From positions 2,176,001 to 2,240,000 of the forward strand of contig OZ244651.1 of assembly GCA_965218695.1 (NCBI GenBank): a stretch of 64,000 nucleotides of DNA. The letters run 5' to 3'. Below the pieces are notes generated by a model. That model ran no database searches. It saw only the letters and a list, made by a program, of their open reading frames with translations, and was not told the origin of the DNA. Shown piece after piece: positions 1 to 10,557 of this stretch; within the stretch, counting starts at the first letter, position 1, and each line of letters begins with the position of its first letter. This DNA comes from Nitrosopumilus sp. (GTDB taxonomy: Archaea; Thermoproteota; Nitrososphaeria; Nitrososphaerales; Nitrosopumilaceae). A program made the translations under genes and the position numbers.

Positions 1-492
1 TGAGGGAACTATCCTTCTCATGGCACCGGGAAACTCCCTTTCAAACTGCCTCCCCCCATGGATGCGATCCAGCAAGACTGCAAGCGCGCTTATCTCCGAG
101 TGGGGTTGGCATCCGATACCCACATTGTAGTCTGCCAGTTCGTATATCTCCCTTGGAACCTTCTCTGCCCCCACAACAACCAGCAAATTCTCCTCGCTCC
201 TGAGCCCCTCCTGCACCTCGTTGATGCTCTCACCGTACATGGACAGGTGCGCCACGGCAAACCCGTCCTCCTTCTTCCTTCTTATGACGGGTCTCCACTT
301 TTTGATAAACTCTACTTGAAAATCTCCTCCCCACGTCCTGCCGACCTTTCCAATGGTATCTTCTATCTCGGGGTTGACTTCGCTCATGAGTATCCTTGCA
401 GCGCCAAACGCCCTAGCAACCAGTGCCACATGTGTCGTAACCCTGTCGTCCCTGACAAGCCGCTGGCCAATCCTGACTACCTCAATTACCAA
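1..492 (-). CDS. trm56: tRNA (cytidine(56)-2'-O)-methyltransferase aTrm56, 3' end beyond window
   Basis: Not in ORF track. Manual translation from TTG at 492 gives [30 protein letters not shown]...HLSMYG...VVVGAEKVP...[15 protein letters not shown], the aTrm56 SPOUT motifs. Confidence 0.9.
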   Translation of the reverse strand, partial: MVIEVVRIGQRLVRDDRVTTHVALVARAFGAARILMSEVNPEIEDTIGKVGRTWGGDFQVEFIKKWRPVIRRKKEDGFAVAHLSMYGESINEVQEGLRSEENLLVVVGAEKVPREIYELADYNVGIGCQPHSEISALAVLLDRIHGGRQFEREFPGAMRRIVPS

Positions 493-1579
493 GTAGGCCA
501 GCCCCTCCGGGTTCCTTCCCGTACCAAACCCCTGCTACGTCTCTGATTGCCTCCTTGAGATGCTTGGCATTCTCCCCTGTTCTTGCAGACACCGGAACAA
601 CCCTCCTGCCTGTCAGCCCGAGCATCTCAATTGCCCCGCTGATCTTCTCATGCCCTATCAGGTCGGCTTTGTTTAGCGCATAAACCATCCTCTCCCTTTG
701 GACGCCCAGCTCCCCCAGTGTCCTCATGCAGCTTGAAAACTTTTTTTCCATCTTTTGTGGCGGATCGCCTGCATCAATCACCACCACCACGGCATCTGCA
801 TGGAGCAGCTCCTCAAGCGTGGACTTGAATGCATCTATCATGTATGCAGGCAGCTTGTTGATGAATCCCACGGTATCTGACATCAGAAACAGCTCCCCGT
901 CCACCTCCAGCCTTCTGGTCGTCGTCGACAGCGTGGTGAACAGCTCCTCACCCTCTGCCCTCTCCTCTCCTGTCAGCCTGTTGAATAGGGTCGTCTTTCC
1001 GGCAGACGTGTACCCTGCAAGCGATATGGTCTTGAATCCCATCCTCTTTCTTCCCTGTCTGTGCAGCTCCCTTTGCTTTCCTGACTTTTCAAGCTTGGTC
1101 CTTGTCGTGTTTATCCTGTGTTTGATGTCATTATAGTATACATCCACCTCGAATTTGCCTATACCCATGAACCCGGCCTGCTCGCCCATTCTTGAGAGGC
1201 GGACCCTCTCCCTTGCCCTTGACATCTCATATCTCAACTGCGCCAGTCTTACCTGGAGTTTTGACTCCGCACTTGAGGCCCTGCTCTCAAAGATCTCCAG
1301 TATCAGCGCCTCCCTGTCCAGTATCTCTATGTGCAGGGCAGATGCAAGGTTGTAGTTCTGGCTTGGCTTTAGAATCTCGTCGTATATTATGACGTCCGGG
1401 TGCACCCTCTCTGCGATCTCCTTAAGCCTCTCCAAGATGCCGCTGCTTATCCCGTATTTTGGCCTCTTGAGAAACCTCTGCCTCACCGTATGCACTATCT
1501 GGTATCCTGCAGCATCGCACAGGCCTGCTGCCTCGTCTGCAATACCCTCCCTGTCATATGTGATTAGGATTGCCTTCAT
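482..1579 (-). CDS. hflX: GTPase HflX
   Basis: GYTSAGKTT (G1), LFTTL (G2), DTVGFI (G3), NKAD (G4); [15 protein letters not shown]-domain. Confidence 0.95.
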   Translation of the reverse strand: MKAILITYDREGIADEAAGLCDAAGYQIVHTVRQRFLKRPKYGISSGILERLKEIAERVHPDVIIYDEILKPSQNYNLASALHIEILDREALILEIFESRASSAESKLQVRLAQLRYEMSRARERVRLSRMGEQAGFMGIGKFEVDVYYNDIKHRINTTRTKLEKSGKQRELHRQGRKRMGFKTISLAGYTSAGKTTLFNRLTGEERAEGEELFTTLSTTTRRLEVDGELFLMSDTVGFINKLPAYMIDAFKSTLEELLHADAVVVVIDAGDPPQKMEKKFSSCMRTLGELGVQRERMVYALNKADLIGHEKISGAIEMLGLTGRRVVPVSARTGENAKHLKEAIRDVAGVWYGKEPGGAGLLGN

Positions 1580-1603
1580 GTTCCTGTACGCATCTCCGCA
1601 GAA

Positions 1604-2650
1604 TCATTCCTTCTTTTTGAGAACCTTCTCTATGTTCATGTTCAGCACGATCTCAGATATGTCGCTTGCATACTCTGCTACTCTCCTGATATTCTCTGCC
1701 ATCCTTCTGACCCGGTAGATCTCCTCGTCATTCTCAAGGGATTCTGATGCCTCCCTCACCCTCTTTTCGTACACTGTGATCTCCAAGGTATCCATGATGT
1801 TCTTTTCTGCTTGGACATAGTCCTCCTTGAATAGTGCCAGGCAGGAGTCGTCTAGTAGCGACAGGCAGAACTGGTTCATATCCTGCAACCTATCTAGGAC
1901 GCCTGCGGGTATGGGTTTTTTAAACTCCAGCAGATCCCTTGCAATCCACGCGGCATGATCGCCGGTCCTCTCGATGTTCTTTACTATCAGCCTGTACCCC
2001 AGGCAGTTCCGGGCGTTCTTGAAGCCCATCTCCTTTAGCATGTATTCGTTCTGGATCGCGATCTTTAGCTGGCGGATTATGTAAAATCCGAACCTGTCCA
2101 CCTCGTCGTCCGTGTTAATCACCTCCTGTGCAAGCTCCTGGTTGTTCTCCCTTGCTGCCAGGATGGCATCGTTTGACATTGATTTTGCCAGGTGGAGCAT
2201 CCGCTTGAAGGCCCCATCCACTGAGAGCTCCAGCAGGTTGACTAGCACCTGTATTGTTATGCCCTCGCTGGAGTCTGAGATGATCTCCGATCCCATCAGC
2301 ATCCGCTTTACGGCCTCCTTTACAGTATTTCTCTGGCTGGGAACAAGCCTGCCGAGCTTGGATTTTAGATGGATGGTCTTGAATCCAAGAAAGTACAGGG
2401 ATATCAGCTTTCTTACAATCGACGAGGGGTCTTCGTTAGCCTCAATCTCGATTAGCGCGTCCTCCTTTTTTTGCATATTGGACTCAAATTTTGGTGGATG
2501 CAGCTCCAGAGTGGATAAGCCCTTTCTGACTACCCTGAGCTGGTCGCCCTGTTTCAGACCCAACTCAATGATCCATTGTTTTGGTAGTGAAACTATGTAT
2601 GATGACTTGCCGGTAAACTGAATCTTCCTCGTCTCCTCTCTTTCCTTCAC
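1604..2650 (-). CDS. phoU: PhoU-family phosphate uptake regulator with N-terminal AbrB/SpoVT domain
   Basis: RKIQFTGKSSYIVSLPKQW AbrB motif; DDEVDR, NIERTGDHA and NIRRVAEYA PhoU repeats. Confidence 0.9.
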   Translation of the reverse strand: MKEREETRKIQFTGKSSYIVSLPKQWIIELGLKQGDQLRVVRKGLSTLELHPPKFESNMQKKEDALIEIEANEDPSSIVRKLISLYFLGFKTIHLKSKLGRLVPSQRNTVKEAVKRMLMGSEIISDSSEGITIQVLVNLLELSVDGAFKRMLHLAKSMSNDAILAARENNQELAQEVINTDDEVDRFGFYIIRQLKIAIQNEYMLKEMGFKNARNCLGYRLIVKNIERTGDHAAWIARDLLEFKKPIPAGVLDRLQDMNQFCLSLLDDSCLALFKEDYVQAEKNIMDTLEITVYEKRVREASESLENDEEIYRVRRMAENIRRVAEYASDISEIVLNMNIEKVLKKKE

Positions 2651-2729
2651 GGGATATAGTGGATGTGGCTATTCTATATAGTTTGAGATCCGCAATCGGC
2701 ATCATCATTGGACTAATATTTGGTCGGGG

Positions 2730-3209
2730 GTGTCCATACCCATGGATCATATCCTGAAACTGCAACACACGCTTGATGCACTGTTTGGGAAAGGCGTCTC
2801 CAGGCACATGCCAAAGGACGTGGAGATGACGTTTTCGCGCAAGACAGGACGGATCAGAACTGTCATGTCCGGGGGCCGGCTGCTGTGCACGCTGAGAATC
2901 GACGGCGGCCTGGCATTAAGTCCGTACTTTGCCCAGATGCTACTGGGCAGCAGGACGTTCCGGGAGAACTGTGTCGAGGTAAATTCGGAGGCTGCCCCGT
3001 TTGTAGAAGAGGGACGCTCGGTATTCTGCCGGCATGTGGTGCGGTGCGGCAGAAACGTCAGGGCGTCTGCCGATACTCCTGTAATCTTCGAAGGCAGGGT
3101 CATTGCAGTGGGCAAGGCAGTTCTCTCATACCCGATGATCGGCGATTTCAAGCGGGGCGTGGCAGTCCGGACAAGGCATAGCTTAAAAAGTTCCGCCGTG
3201 AAGGCATAG
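2730..3209 (+). CDS. PUA-domain RNA-binding protein (arcTGT C-terminal-like)
   Basis: SRKTGRIR...LCTLR.DG; APFVEEGRSVFCRHV; VIAVGKA...GVAVRTRH. Confidence 0.8.
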   Translation: MSIPMDHILKLQHTLDALFGKGVSRHMPKDVEMTFSRKTGRIRTVMSGGRLLCTLRIDGGLALSPYFAQMLLGSRTFRENCVEVNSEAAPFVEEGRSVFCRHVVRCGRNVRASADTPVIFEGRVIAVGKAVLSYPMIGDFKRGVAVRTRHSLKSSAVKA

Positions 3210-3211
3210 TC

Positions 3212-3553
3212 ATGATGCGAGGACAAAACCGCGGCATGCGGAGGTCGATTAACAAGATGGGTATGGACATGAACGAGATGCAGGATGTTCAGGAGGTGAT
3301 CATCCGGACAAGCAAGAAGGAGATCATAATCAACAAGCCCAATGTAACTGAGATGAAGGCCAAGGAGAGCGTAATCTTCATGGTTGATGCAGGCGACTAC
3401 GAGGAGAGGGAACTGGAGGTTCCAACATTCTCAGAGGACGACATCCAGATGGTCAGTCAACAGGCAGGCGTAGACGAGGCCAAGGCCATATCTGCCCTGA
3501 CAGACGCCAAGGGCAACATCGCCAAGGCCATTCTGCTCCTGACCGCTGGATGA
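3212..3553 (+). CDS. nac: Nascent polypeptide-associated complex protein
   Basis: NAC domain (KMGMDMNEMQDVQEVIIR) plus UBA domain (EDDIQMVSQQAGV...GNIAKAILLL). Confidence 0.9.
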   Translation: MMRGQNRGMRRSINKMGMDMNEMQDVQEVIIRTSKKEIIINKPNVTEMKAKESVIFMVDAGDYEERELEVPTFSEDDIQMVSQQAGVDEAKAISALTDAKGNIAKAILLLTAG

Positions 3554-3632
3554 GCAGCAGCCCGTCTGGCAACGCCTTTCTGAAAAGAAATCCTAAGAAT
3601 GATTTAAGTATGGAACAGTTATCGTCAGGAAC

Positions 3633-3959
3633 ATGTCTGAATCCCGCGTATCTGTGGTGCTCAAATCACTCCACGCCCTAGAGGATGATCTTGATTCGCT
3701 TAATGCCAAGGCCGCTGACATAAAGCAGGCCCTGTCAATCAAGGTTCAGAATGAGATTGACTCCATGCTGGAAAAGACCCAAAAGATTGCTACAGGCCAA
3801 GTCGAGATGATAATCAGCGCATCCCGGGAGAAAGCCAACGCCGAATCGCAAAAAATCATCAAGAACGGTCAGACAAGGCTTGCCGAGATTCAGGGAAAGA
3901 TTGATGCCAACTTTGATGAGGCAGTGGCACACGTTGTGTCAACTGTTTTGAAGGAATAA
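3633..3959 (+). CDS. Helical hypothetical protein, A/V-type ATPase subunit H/G-like
   Basis: 108-aa coiled coil ending FDEAVAHVVSTVL; TATA-like TTTAAG at about 3603. Confidence 0.55.
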   Translation: MSESRVSVVLKSLHALEDDLDSLNAKAADIKQALSIKVQNEIDSMLEKTQKIATGQVEMIISASREKANAESQKIIKNGQTRLAEIQGKIDANFDEAVAHVVSTVLKE

Positions 3960-4000
3960 CCCTAAATTCCACATACTCCAATATACCTAGTATAGACCCG

Positions 4001-4660
4001 TTGCTTGATGCCCGTATCGGAGTTGCAACTGCCTATGGAAGGCCGTACTACCGGTTCTCCACGCTTTTGAAGAGGTTCAATCTCTCGTTTGATTCCATCC
4101 TTCCCGGGGAGATTCCTGGGTATGCAGGGCATCTTGTACTTACCACATATGGGGAATCGCTTGGGGGATGCAGGATGCCGGTACTCTTTGAGGACATTCT
4201 TGTACACCACCCGACTGTAGCTCGGGGACTTATGATGCAGAAGATCATGCCCGGCTTTGAAGACGAGGATCTCGTGCTGGGAATAGATCCCGGACAGAGG
4301 ACCGGCCTGTCAGTGTCATACTGCGGAATGGAGATTGACGGGTCGTTTCATTCCTCCGTCGAAGCTCTTGCCGCGCACGTAGCCTGTATCCTCAAGGGCC
4401 TTGAGGCGGGGCGCAGAATAGTAAAGATTGGAAACGGGAACATGCACATGGCAGGGCAGATAATCCGCATGCTTGATCTGAAGTGCTGCCCACCGTTTGT
4501 GCTGGAGTTTGTAGACGAGCAGAACACCAGTCTGAAGATAAAGAACTTCAACCAGCGCGGCAGGAGGGACATCCTCTCGGCAAGATACATCTCCCAACGC
4601 CAGGGATACACGCACCCCGAGATGATGATGATTCAGTCTGCCGGATCCGGAACCGTCTGA
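4001..4660 (+). CDS. Hypothetical protein with YqgF/RNase H-like domain
   Basis: LVLGIDPGQRTGL, KIGNG, FVDEQNTS and DILSA motifs. Confidence 0.6.
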   Translation: MLDARIGVATAYGRPYYRFSTLLKRFNLSFDSILPGEIPGYAGHLVLTTYGESLGGCRMPVLFEDILVHHPTVARGLMMQKIMPGFEDEDLVLGIDPGQRTGLSVSYCGMEIDGSFHSSVEALAAHVACILKGLEAGRRIVKIGNGNMHMAGQIIRMLDLKCCPPFVLEFVDEQNTSLKIKNFNQRGRRDILSARYISQRQGYTHPEMMMIQSAGSGTV

Positions 4661-4859
4661 ACCTTACAGGTGCTGCTGCATGTATCAATCCCAGAGCCCG
4701 GCAAAATCAGACAGGCTAGAACATAGTCTCACGGACACGGCCTCCATGTGGTGCCGTTGCCGAACAGCATATCGGGAAGCGAATCCCGATACTTCATCAT
4801 GAAGTTTCCACTGAAACCTCTAGGTGATGGATCATTCCTGTATACCATGATAGTAAAAT

Positions 4860-4939
4860 GTATGGACTCGTCCAATACAATTCTAGGCACGAATTTGCAA
4901 TGAATCATGCCTGTGTTTATAAGGGACCTGAGTGCGTGC
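4860..4939. mobile_element. Degenerate 80-bp mini-element related to the adjacent IS66-like elements
   Basis: Begins GTATGGACTCGTCC and ends GGACCTGAGTGCGTGC (13/16 to the IS end GGACCTGAGTCCATAC). Shares TCTAGGCACG with the IS end and is preceded by AGTAAAAT. Confidence 0.6.
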
Positions 4940-4948
4940 TGGTAAAAT

Positions 4949-6599
4949 GTATGGACTCAGGTCGCCAAACTGCGCTACGCTGCCACTGCGGGTACAGAAA
5001 CCTTCTGATATTGTTCGGGTGGCTTGAATATGCTCCAGCCAGGATCCATGATGATGTTCTCGACTGCTTGGCGCGGGAAGATGCCCTGCTTGTGGCAGGT
5101 GCGCGCCACTGATATCAGCACCGAGAAGACCTCCCGCCCCTCGGGTTCGGACAGCTGGTGCCGCACGTTCCTGTGCAGCACCGCAGTGTCGCGTATCTCC
5201 AACTCTGCTGCGTTGTTATGCGGCGGCATGCCCGGATGCCTGAGGAACGTGAACATGCACGGGGCCGCGTTCTCAAGCGTCGTGCGGAAGTCGTGGGACT
5301 CCCCGTAGTCCGAGGCGATTTGGAGCACCGTCCTTTCCAGGTCCAGGCACTCGCCGGATCCGGCAGACTCCCTGTCCTTGACTGACCGGTACAGGGCAAG
5401 CAGCCTGCGGTAGCAGGCAAGATCGTTGCCGCCGTTCTTGATGGCGTACTCTTCTGCGGCGCGCAGCAGGTGCACCCAGCACCTCTGCTTGACTGGGAAC
5501 ATGTTGTAGACGGTGTACCCATCCACCACCACCGGCTTGCCAAGCAGCCGGGCAAAATGCGCGTTTATCACCAGAGCCGCCCTGCTCGGGGCGGCCACCA
5601 GATACGTGGCGTCCCCGGTGGTGACCAGCCACACGTACCCCTTCTTCCCGTTCATCTTCATGTGGGACTCGTCAAACTGCACGAACGCGGCCTCGGCGAT
5701 GTGGGTCAGTATGCCCTCGTACGCGCCCTTGAGGATCTTTTTGAGGGCCTTGCGCGCGTTCCATATGGCGTTTGGCGATATGCCAAACCCGTACAGCGCC
5801 TTGAAATAGTATGATACGGTATAGTCCGTGCTCCTCTTGTCGTAGTACTCCTCCACAAACCCCAGGGCCTTGGGGCCAAGCGACGTGCCGGGGATCGTGG
5901 GAGGCACGGCAGAGCTGACGTGATTGCACCTCTTGCACAACCCCTGTCCCACCAGGTACGCGACGCGCTCGATCCTCATGGCACCGTCGTCGGGAAAATC
6001 ATACACCATCTTGACAATGGACGGCATCCGGACCAGGTGTCCGCGTCCGCACTTTTCGCACCTGCACACTGGCAGACTCTCGGTCCTCTCGGCCCTGTTC
6101 TTGTGCGAGGCACCGGCGTGTCCTGCGGGCGGTCCCTTGCGGGCCTTGTCTTCGGCGCCTTGCCTTCTGATTCAGGTCCGCCTTCCGATTCGGACTTTTC
6201 TCCTTCCTTGGGCCCGCCGCTGCCATCGGACTCCGTCTTGGCCTCCATGTCCATCCGCTTCCTGAATGCCGTGCGGTCCGAGTTGTACAACGAATATGTG
6301 GACGAGGACATGTTGGGGTTCTCGTACTTGCGGAGCCTCCTGCGGTACCCCGCATTCTCCAGGGTCAGGCGGTCGTTTTCAATCTCGAGCAGCGTCACCT
6401 TCTTGGTGAGTTCGGCATTTGTCTTGTACATCGTTTTCTTAAACTTCTCGAACTCCGTCACTACCCTTGCCAGCTCCCTGCGCAGGAGCGATATCTCTGA
6501 TTTGCTCACGTGGGTTCGCGGATTCCGAGATCAATAAATCGGCATGGTCTAATTTGATGCACAAGCGATTAAAATCTAGGCACGGACCTGAGTCCATAC
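4949..6599 (-). mobile_element. IS66-family (single-gene, ISBst12-like) element, tandem copy 1
   Basis: 15-bp TIR GTATGGACTCAGGTC/GACCTGAGTCCATAC; 8-bp DR GGTAAAAT at 4941-4948 and 6600-6607. Confidence 0.92.
4975..6509 (-). pseudogene. IS66 transposase split by a -1 frameshift (ORFs 5976-6509 and 4975-6069)
   Basis: Coiled coil plus NMSSS in frame 1. RKGPPAGHAG, Zn ribbon, DESH, VVVDGY, QRCWVHLLR and HNNAAELEIR in frame 2. Confidence 0.8.
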
Positions 6600-6607
6600 G
6601 GTAAAAT

Positions 6608-8258
6608 GTATGGACTCAGGTCGCCAAACTGCGCTACGCTGCCACTGCGGGTACAGAAACCTTCTGATATTGTTCGGGTGGCTTGAATATGCTCCAGCCA
6701 GGATCCATGATGATGTTCTCGACTGCTTGGCGCGGGAAGATGCCCTGCTTGTGGCAGGTGCGCGCCACTGATATCAGCACCGAGAAGACCTCCCGCCCCT
6801 CGGGTTCGGACAGCTGGTGCCGCACGTTCCTGTGCAGCACCGCAGTGTCGCGTATCTCCAACTCTGCTGCGTTGTTATGCGGCGGCATGCCCGGATGCCT
6901 GAGGAACGTGAACATGCACGGGGCCGCGTTCTCAAGCGTCGTGCGGAAGTCGTGGGACTCCCCGTAGTCCGAGGCGATTTGGAGCACCGTCCTTTCCAGG
7001 TCCAGGCACTCGCCGGATCCGGCAGACTCCCTGTCCTTGACTGACCGGTACAGGGCAAGCAGCCTGCGGTAGCAGGCAAGATCGTTGCCGCCGTTCTTGA
7101 TGGCGTACTCTTCTGCGGCGCGCAGCAGGTGCACCCAGCACCTCTGCTTGACTGGGAACATGTTGTAGACGGTGTACCCATCCACCACCACCGGCTTGCC
7201 AAGCAGCCGGGCAAAATGCGCGTTTATCACCAGAGCCGCCCTGCTCGGGGCGGCCACCAGATACGTGGCGTCCCCGGTGGTGACCAGCCACACGTACCCC
7301 TTCTTCCCGTTCATCTTCATGTGGGACTCGTCAAACTGCACGAACGCGGCCTCGGCGATGTGGGTCAGTATGCCCTCGTACGCGCCCTTGAGGATCTTTT
7401 TGAGGGCCTTGCGCGCGTTCCATATGGCGTTTGGCGATATGCCAAACCCGTACAGCGCCTTGAAATAGTATGATACGGTATAGTCCGTGCTCCTCTTGTC
7501 GTAGTACTCCTCCACAAACCCCAGGGCCTTGGGGCCAAGCGACGTGCCGGGGATCGTGGGAGGCACGGCAGAGCTGACGTGATTGCACCTCTTGCACAAC
7601 CCCTGTCCCACCAGGTACGCGACGCGCTCGATCCTCATGGCACCGTCGTCGGGAAAATCATACACCATCTTGACAATGGACGGCATCCGGATCAAGTGTC
7701 CGCGTCCGCACTTTTCGCACCTGCACACTGGCAGACTCTCGGTCCTCTCGGCCCTGTTCTTGTGCGAGGCGCCGGCGTGTCCTGCCGGCGGTCCCTTGCG
7801 GGCCTTGTCTTCGGCGCCTTGCCTTCTGATTCAGGTCCGCCTTCCGATTCGGACTTTTCTCCTTCCTTGGGCCCGCCGCTGCCATCGGACTCCGTCTTGG
7901 CCTCCATGTCCATCCGCTTCCTGAATGCCGTGCGGTCCGAGTTGTACAACGAATATGTGGACGAGGACATGTTGGGGTTCTCGTACTTGCGGAGCCTCCT
8001 GCGGTATCCTGCATTCTCCAGGGTCAGGCGGTCGTTTTCAATCTCGAGCAGCGTCACCTTCTTGGTGAGTTCGGCATTTGTCTTGTACATCGTTTTCTTA
8101 AACTTCTCGAACTCCGTCACTACCCTTGCCAGCTCCCTGCGCAGGAGCGATATCTCTGATTTGCTCACGTGGGTTCGCGGATTCCGAGATCAATAAATCG
8201 GCATGGTCTAATTTGATGCACAAGCGATTAAAATCTAGGCACGGACCTGAGTCCATAC
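6608..8258 (-). mobile_element. IS66-family element, tandem copy 2
   Basis: Near-identical to copy 1 (period 1659 bp); same TIRs; DR GGTAAAAT at 8259-8266. Confidence 0.92.
6634..8168 (-). pseudogene. IS66 transposase split by the same frameshift
   Basis: ORFs 7692-8168 and 6634-7728, same motifs as copy 1. Confidence 0.8.
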
Positions 8259-8422
8259 GGTAAAATCAGCTATACATATTTATTGAAGTTTTCTAGGTTT
8301 TCTTTGCAACTAATGAGGCTAGTTGTGTTACTAGTTGGAATACTTCCAATGTTTAGCACTCTTTTGTTAATATTTTATCGATCTATCCTTATATAGTTAT
8401 AAAATATATATTAGTTACCAAG

Positions 8423-8833
8423 ATGACTTGCAAAGGAATTTGTGTTAGATATAAGGCTCAAAAGCCTGTTGGAACCGGACGATACGCTTCGGGACAACGT
8501 CGATGCCAAATTTGTGAAATATTCATCAAATGGGAAGGACTCTGGTGTCCATGTTGTGGCTACAGACTGCGAACCAAACCACGCAATCTGAAGTACAAGG
8601 CAAAACTGCGTGCCCGAGTTGAAGCCGACTCGATCGAGGCCAAACCGGACATGACTGTCCAGCCTGAGGTAGTAGTGGCATCAACCAAGGTGGCAAAAAC
8701 CAGAGAAAAGGCACCATGCAGATACTGCGAGAGGCTGTTTGTCTATCCTGGCAAGCATGAAAAGAACTGCAAAAAGAACCCCACACATGCTGCCATCCCC
8801 CAGGAGCATGAATCAATAGCAATAAAAGCATAG
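8423..8833 (+). CDS. Cys-rich zinc-binding hypothetical protein
   Basis: CKGIC, CQIC, CPCC and C-terminal CRYC-x9-H-x3-C; strong TATA-rich upstream region. Confidence 0.8.
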   Translation: MTCKGICVRYKAQKPVGTGRYASGQRRCQICEIFIKWEGLWCPCCGYRLRTKPRNLKYKAKLRARVEADSIEAKPDMTVQPEVVVASTKVAKTREKAPCRYCERLFVYPGKHEKNCKKNPTHAAIPQEHESIAIKA

Positions 8834-8848
8834 GACAATGTTCAAAGT

Positions 8849-9193
8849 GTGTTGAACTCTCCAGACGGAACCTGTCAGAAGATGGTATGTCTGGAGAACC
8901 GCACTTTTTCTTTATTGACTCAACGGTTCGAGAATGGATGTTCCGTATTCATCAGCGAGGGATCGGCCCGGATAGGATCCATGACTGCATCCTTGGCAGG
9001 TGGGCCGGCGCCGGTGACCATTACCATCATTCCATCAAAGACCGAGTCCCTCTTCCTGAAGCTTGCAGCAGAGCGCCTCAGTACGCGGATGCGTGGTATT
9101 GCGCTTGTCTCGGTGTTTGTACAAAGGGAGTTGGGATCAGATACTGCCAAGGCCCTGATGAGCCAGATGATGGAGATGATCGAGGATGACTGA
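8849..9193 (+). CDS. Hypothetical protein, possibly proteasome assembly chaperone PAC4-like
   Basis: 114-aa alpha/beta ORF overlapping the start of the UbiD gene. Confidence 0.55.
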   Translation: MLNSPDGTCQKMVCLENRTFSLLTQRFENGCSVFISEGSARIGSMTASLAGGPAPVTITIIPSKTESLFLKLAAERLSTRMRGIALVSVFVQRELGSDTAKALMSQMMEMIEDD

Positions 9194-10532
9194 CCTGAGG
9201 GAGTACATCTCCAAGATACGAGACAGCGGGGATCTATTGACTGTAAAATCTCAGGTATCTCCAGTCTTTGAGATTGCCGGGATCACGGCAAAGTCCGACG
9301 GATCTCATGCTCTGATGTTTGAGGATGTGGAGGGGAGCGACTTTCGGCTTGCCGCCAACCTTGTAGGGACCAAAAGCAGGTTTGCAGCCGCAATCGGGGC
9401 ACCTGAGGGTGGTATCCACAAGAGGATAATCTCAGCAATCAACCAGACAAGGCGGCCGGAGACTGCCCCGTCTGGCAGATTCATGGAGAACAGAACTAGA
9501 GACGCCTCATGTCTGCCTGTTATCACCCACTTTGAAAAGGAGCCAGGCCCGTTCATCACCTCGTCTATGGTATATGTCAAGAATCCGGATACCGGTATGC
9601 AGAACTCCTCATTTCACCGGATGATGCCCATTGATGATACGCATTTCTCAATAAGGCTGGTCGAGGGGCGTCATCTGCACAGATGTTTTGTGGATGCAGT
9701 GGGGCACGGGGAGGATCTGAAGATAGCAATTACTGTGGGTGTTCATCCCGCAGTCTCGATTGCAGGGGCATACCAGGAGGAGTGGGGCTCAGACGAGATC
9801 GACATTGCAAACTCCCTGCTTGGCGGCAGGCTTGCCCTTGCTAAGCTTCCGATTACCGGCCTGGCAATCCCGTCAGGAGCTGAGATTGTGATGGAGGGAA
9901 GAATACTTGGAGACCGGACTCACGAGGAATGGATGGTTGAGATGCTTCAGACATACGATCACAAGAGACACCAGCCGGTCTTTGAAGTAGACTGCCTGTA
10001 CTATAGGAACAATCCCATATTCCATGACATTCTGTCAGGGTATTCTGAGCACAGACTGCTGATGGGAATGCCGATCGAGTCAAAACTGAACAGGGACATC
10101 AAGGAGGCGTTTCCGCAGACCCGCAGGGTATCGCTGACAGGTGGGGGCTGCAACTGGCTACACGCAGTGGTGCAGATTGAAAAGAGACAAGAGTCGGATC
10201 CCCGGGAGATAATCGACAAGACGTTTGCATCCCACCGCTCCCTCAAGCAGGTGGTGGTAGTCGATACAGACATTGATCCGGATGATGCCAGCTCAGTCGA
10301 GTATGCCATGGCCACTCGGTTCCAGGCCGACAGGGATCTTGTAATTCTGAGAAACGTAAGGGGTTCGAGTCTGGATCCATCCAGTGATCAGGCCAAACTG
10401 CAGACTGCAAAGATGGGCATCGATGCGACCCGATCGTTTACAAAACGCCAAGAGGGGTTTGAAGTGGCAAGGATTCCTGGAATCGACGGGATCAGTCTTG
10501 ATGGGTATGATTTGACGGATCGTACCGCTTAA
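9186..10532 (+). CDS. UbiD-family prFMN decarboxylase (possibly anhydromevalonate phosphate decarboxylase)
   Basis: LPVITHFEKEPGPFIT, AEIVMEG, VVVVDTDID, AMATRFQ, SSLDPS, KMGIDAT. Confidence 0.9.
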   Translation: MTDLREYISKIRDSGDLLTVKSQVSPVFEIAGITAKSDGSHALMFEDVEGSDFRLAANLVGTKSRFAAAIGAPEGGIHKRIISAINQTRRPETAPSGRFMENRTRDASCLPVITHFEKEPGPFITSSMVYVKNPDTGMQNSSFHRMMPIDDTHFSIRLVEGRHLHRCFVDAVGHGEDLKIAITVGVHPAVSIAGAYQEEWGSDEIDIANSLLGGRLALAKLPITGLAIPSGAEIVMEGRILGDRTHEEWMVEMLQTYDHKRHQPVFEVDCLYYRNNPIFHDILSGYSEHRLLMGMPIESKLNRDIKEAFPQTRRVSLTGGGCNWLHAVVQIEKRQESDPREIIDKTFASHRSLKQVVVVDTDIDPDDASSVEYAMATRFQADRDLVILRNVRGSSLDPSSDQAKLQTAKMGIDATRSFTKRQEGFEVARIPGIDGISLDGYDLTDRTA

Positions 10533-10557
10533 ATCCGCGGGTCTGAATTTTTATACC

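Noticed and set aside
58-546. Plus-strand 162-aa ORF and many other antisense ORFs in the track
   Set aside because: Shadows of well-supported genes on the opposite strand (here trm56), expected at this GC content.
4770-4791. Hairpin TATCGGGA-AGCGAA-TCCCGATA
   Set aside because: Single 8-bp stem without a U-tract or a second copy; too little for a terminator or ncRNA call.
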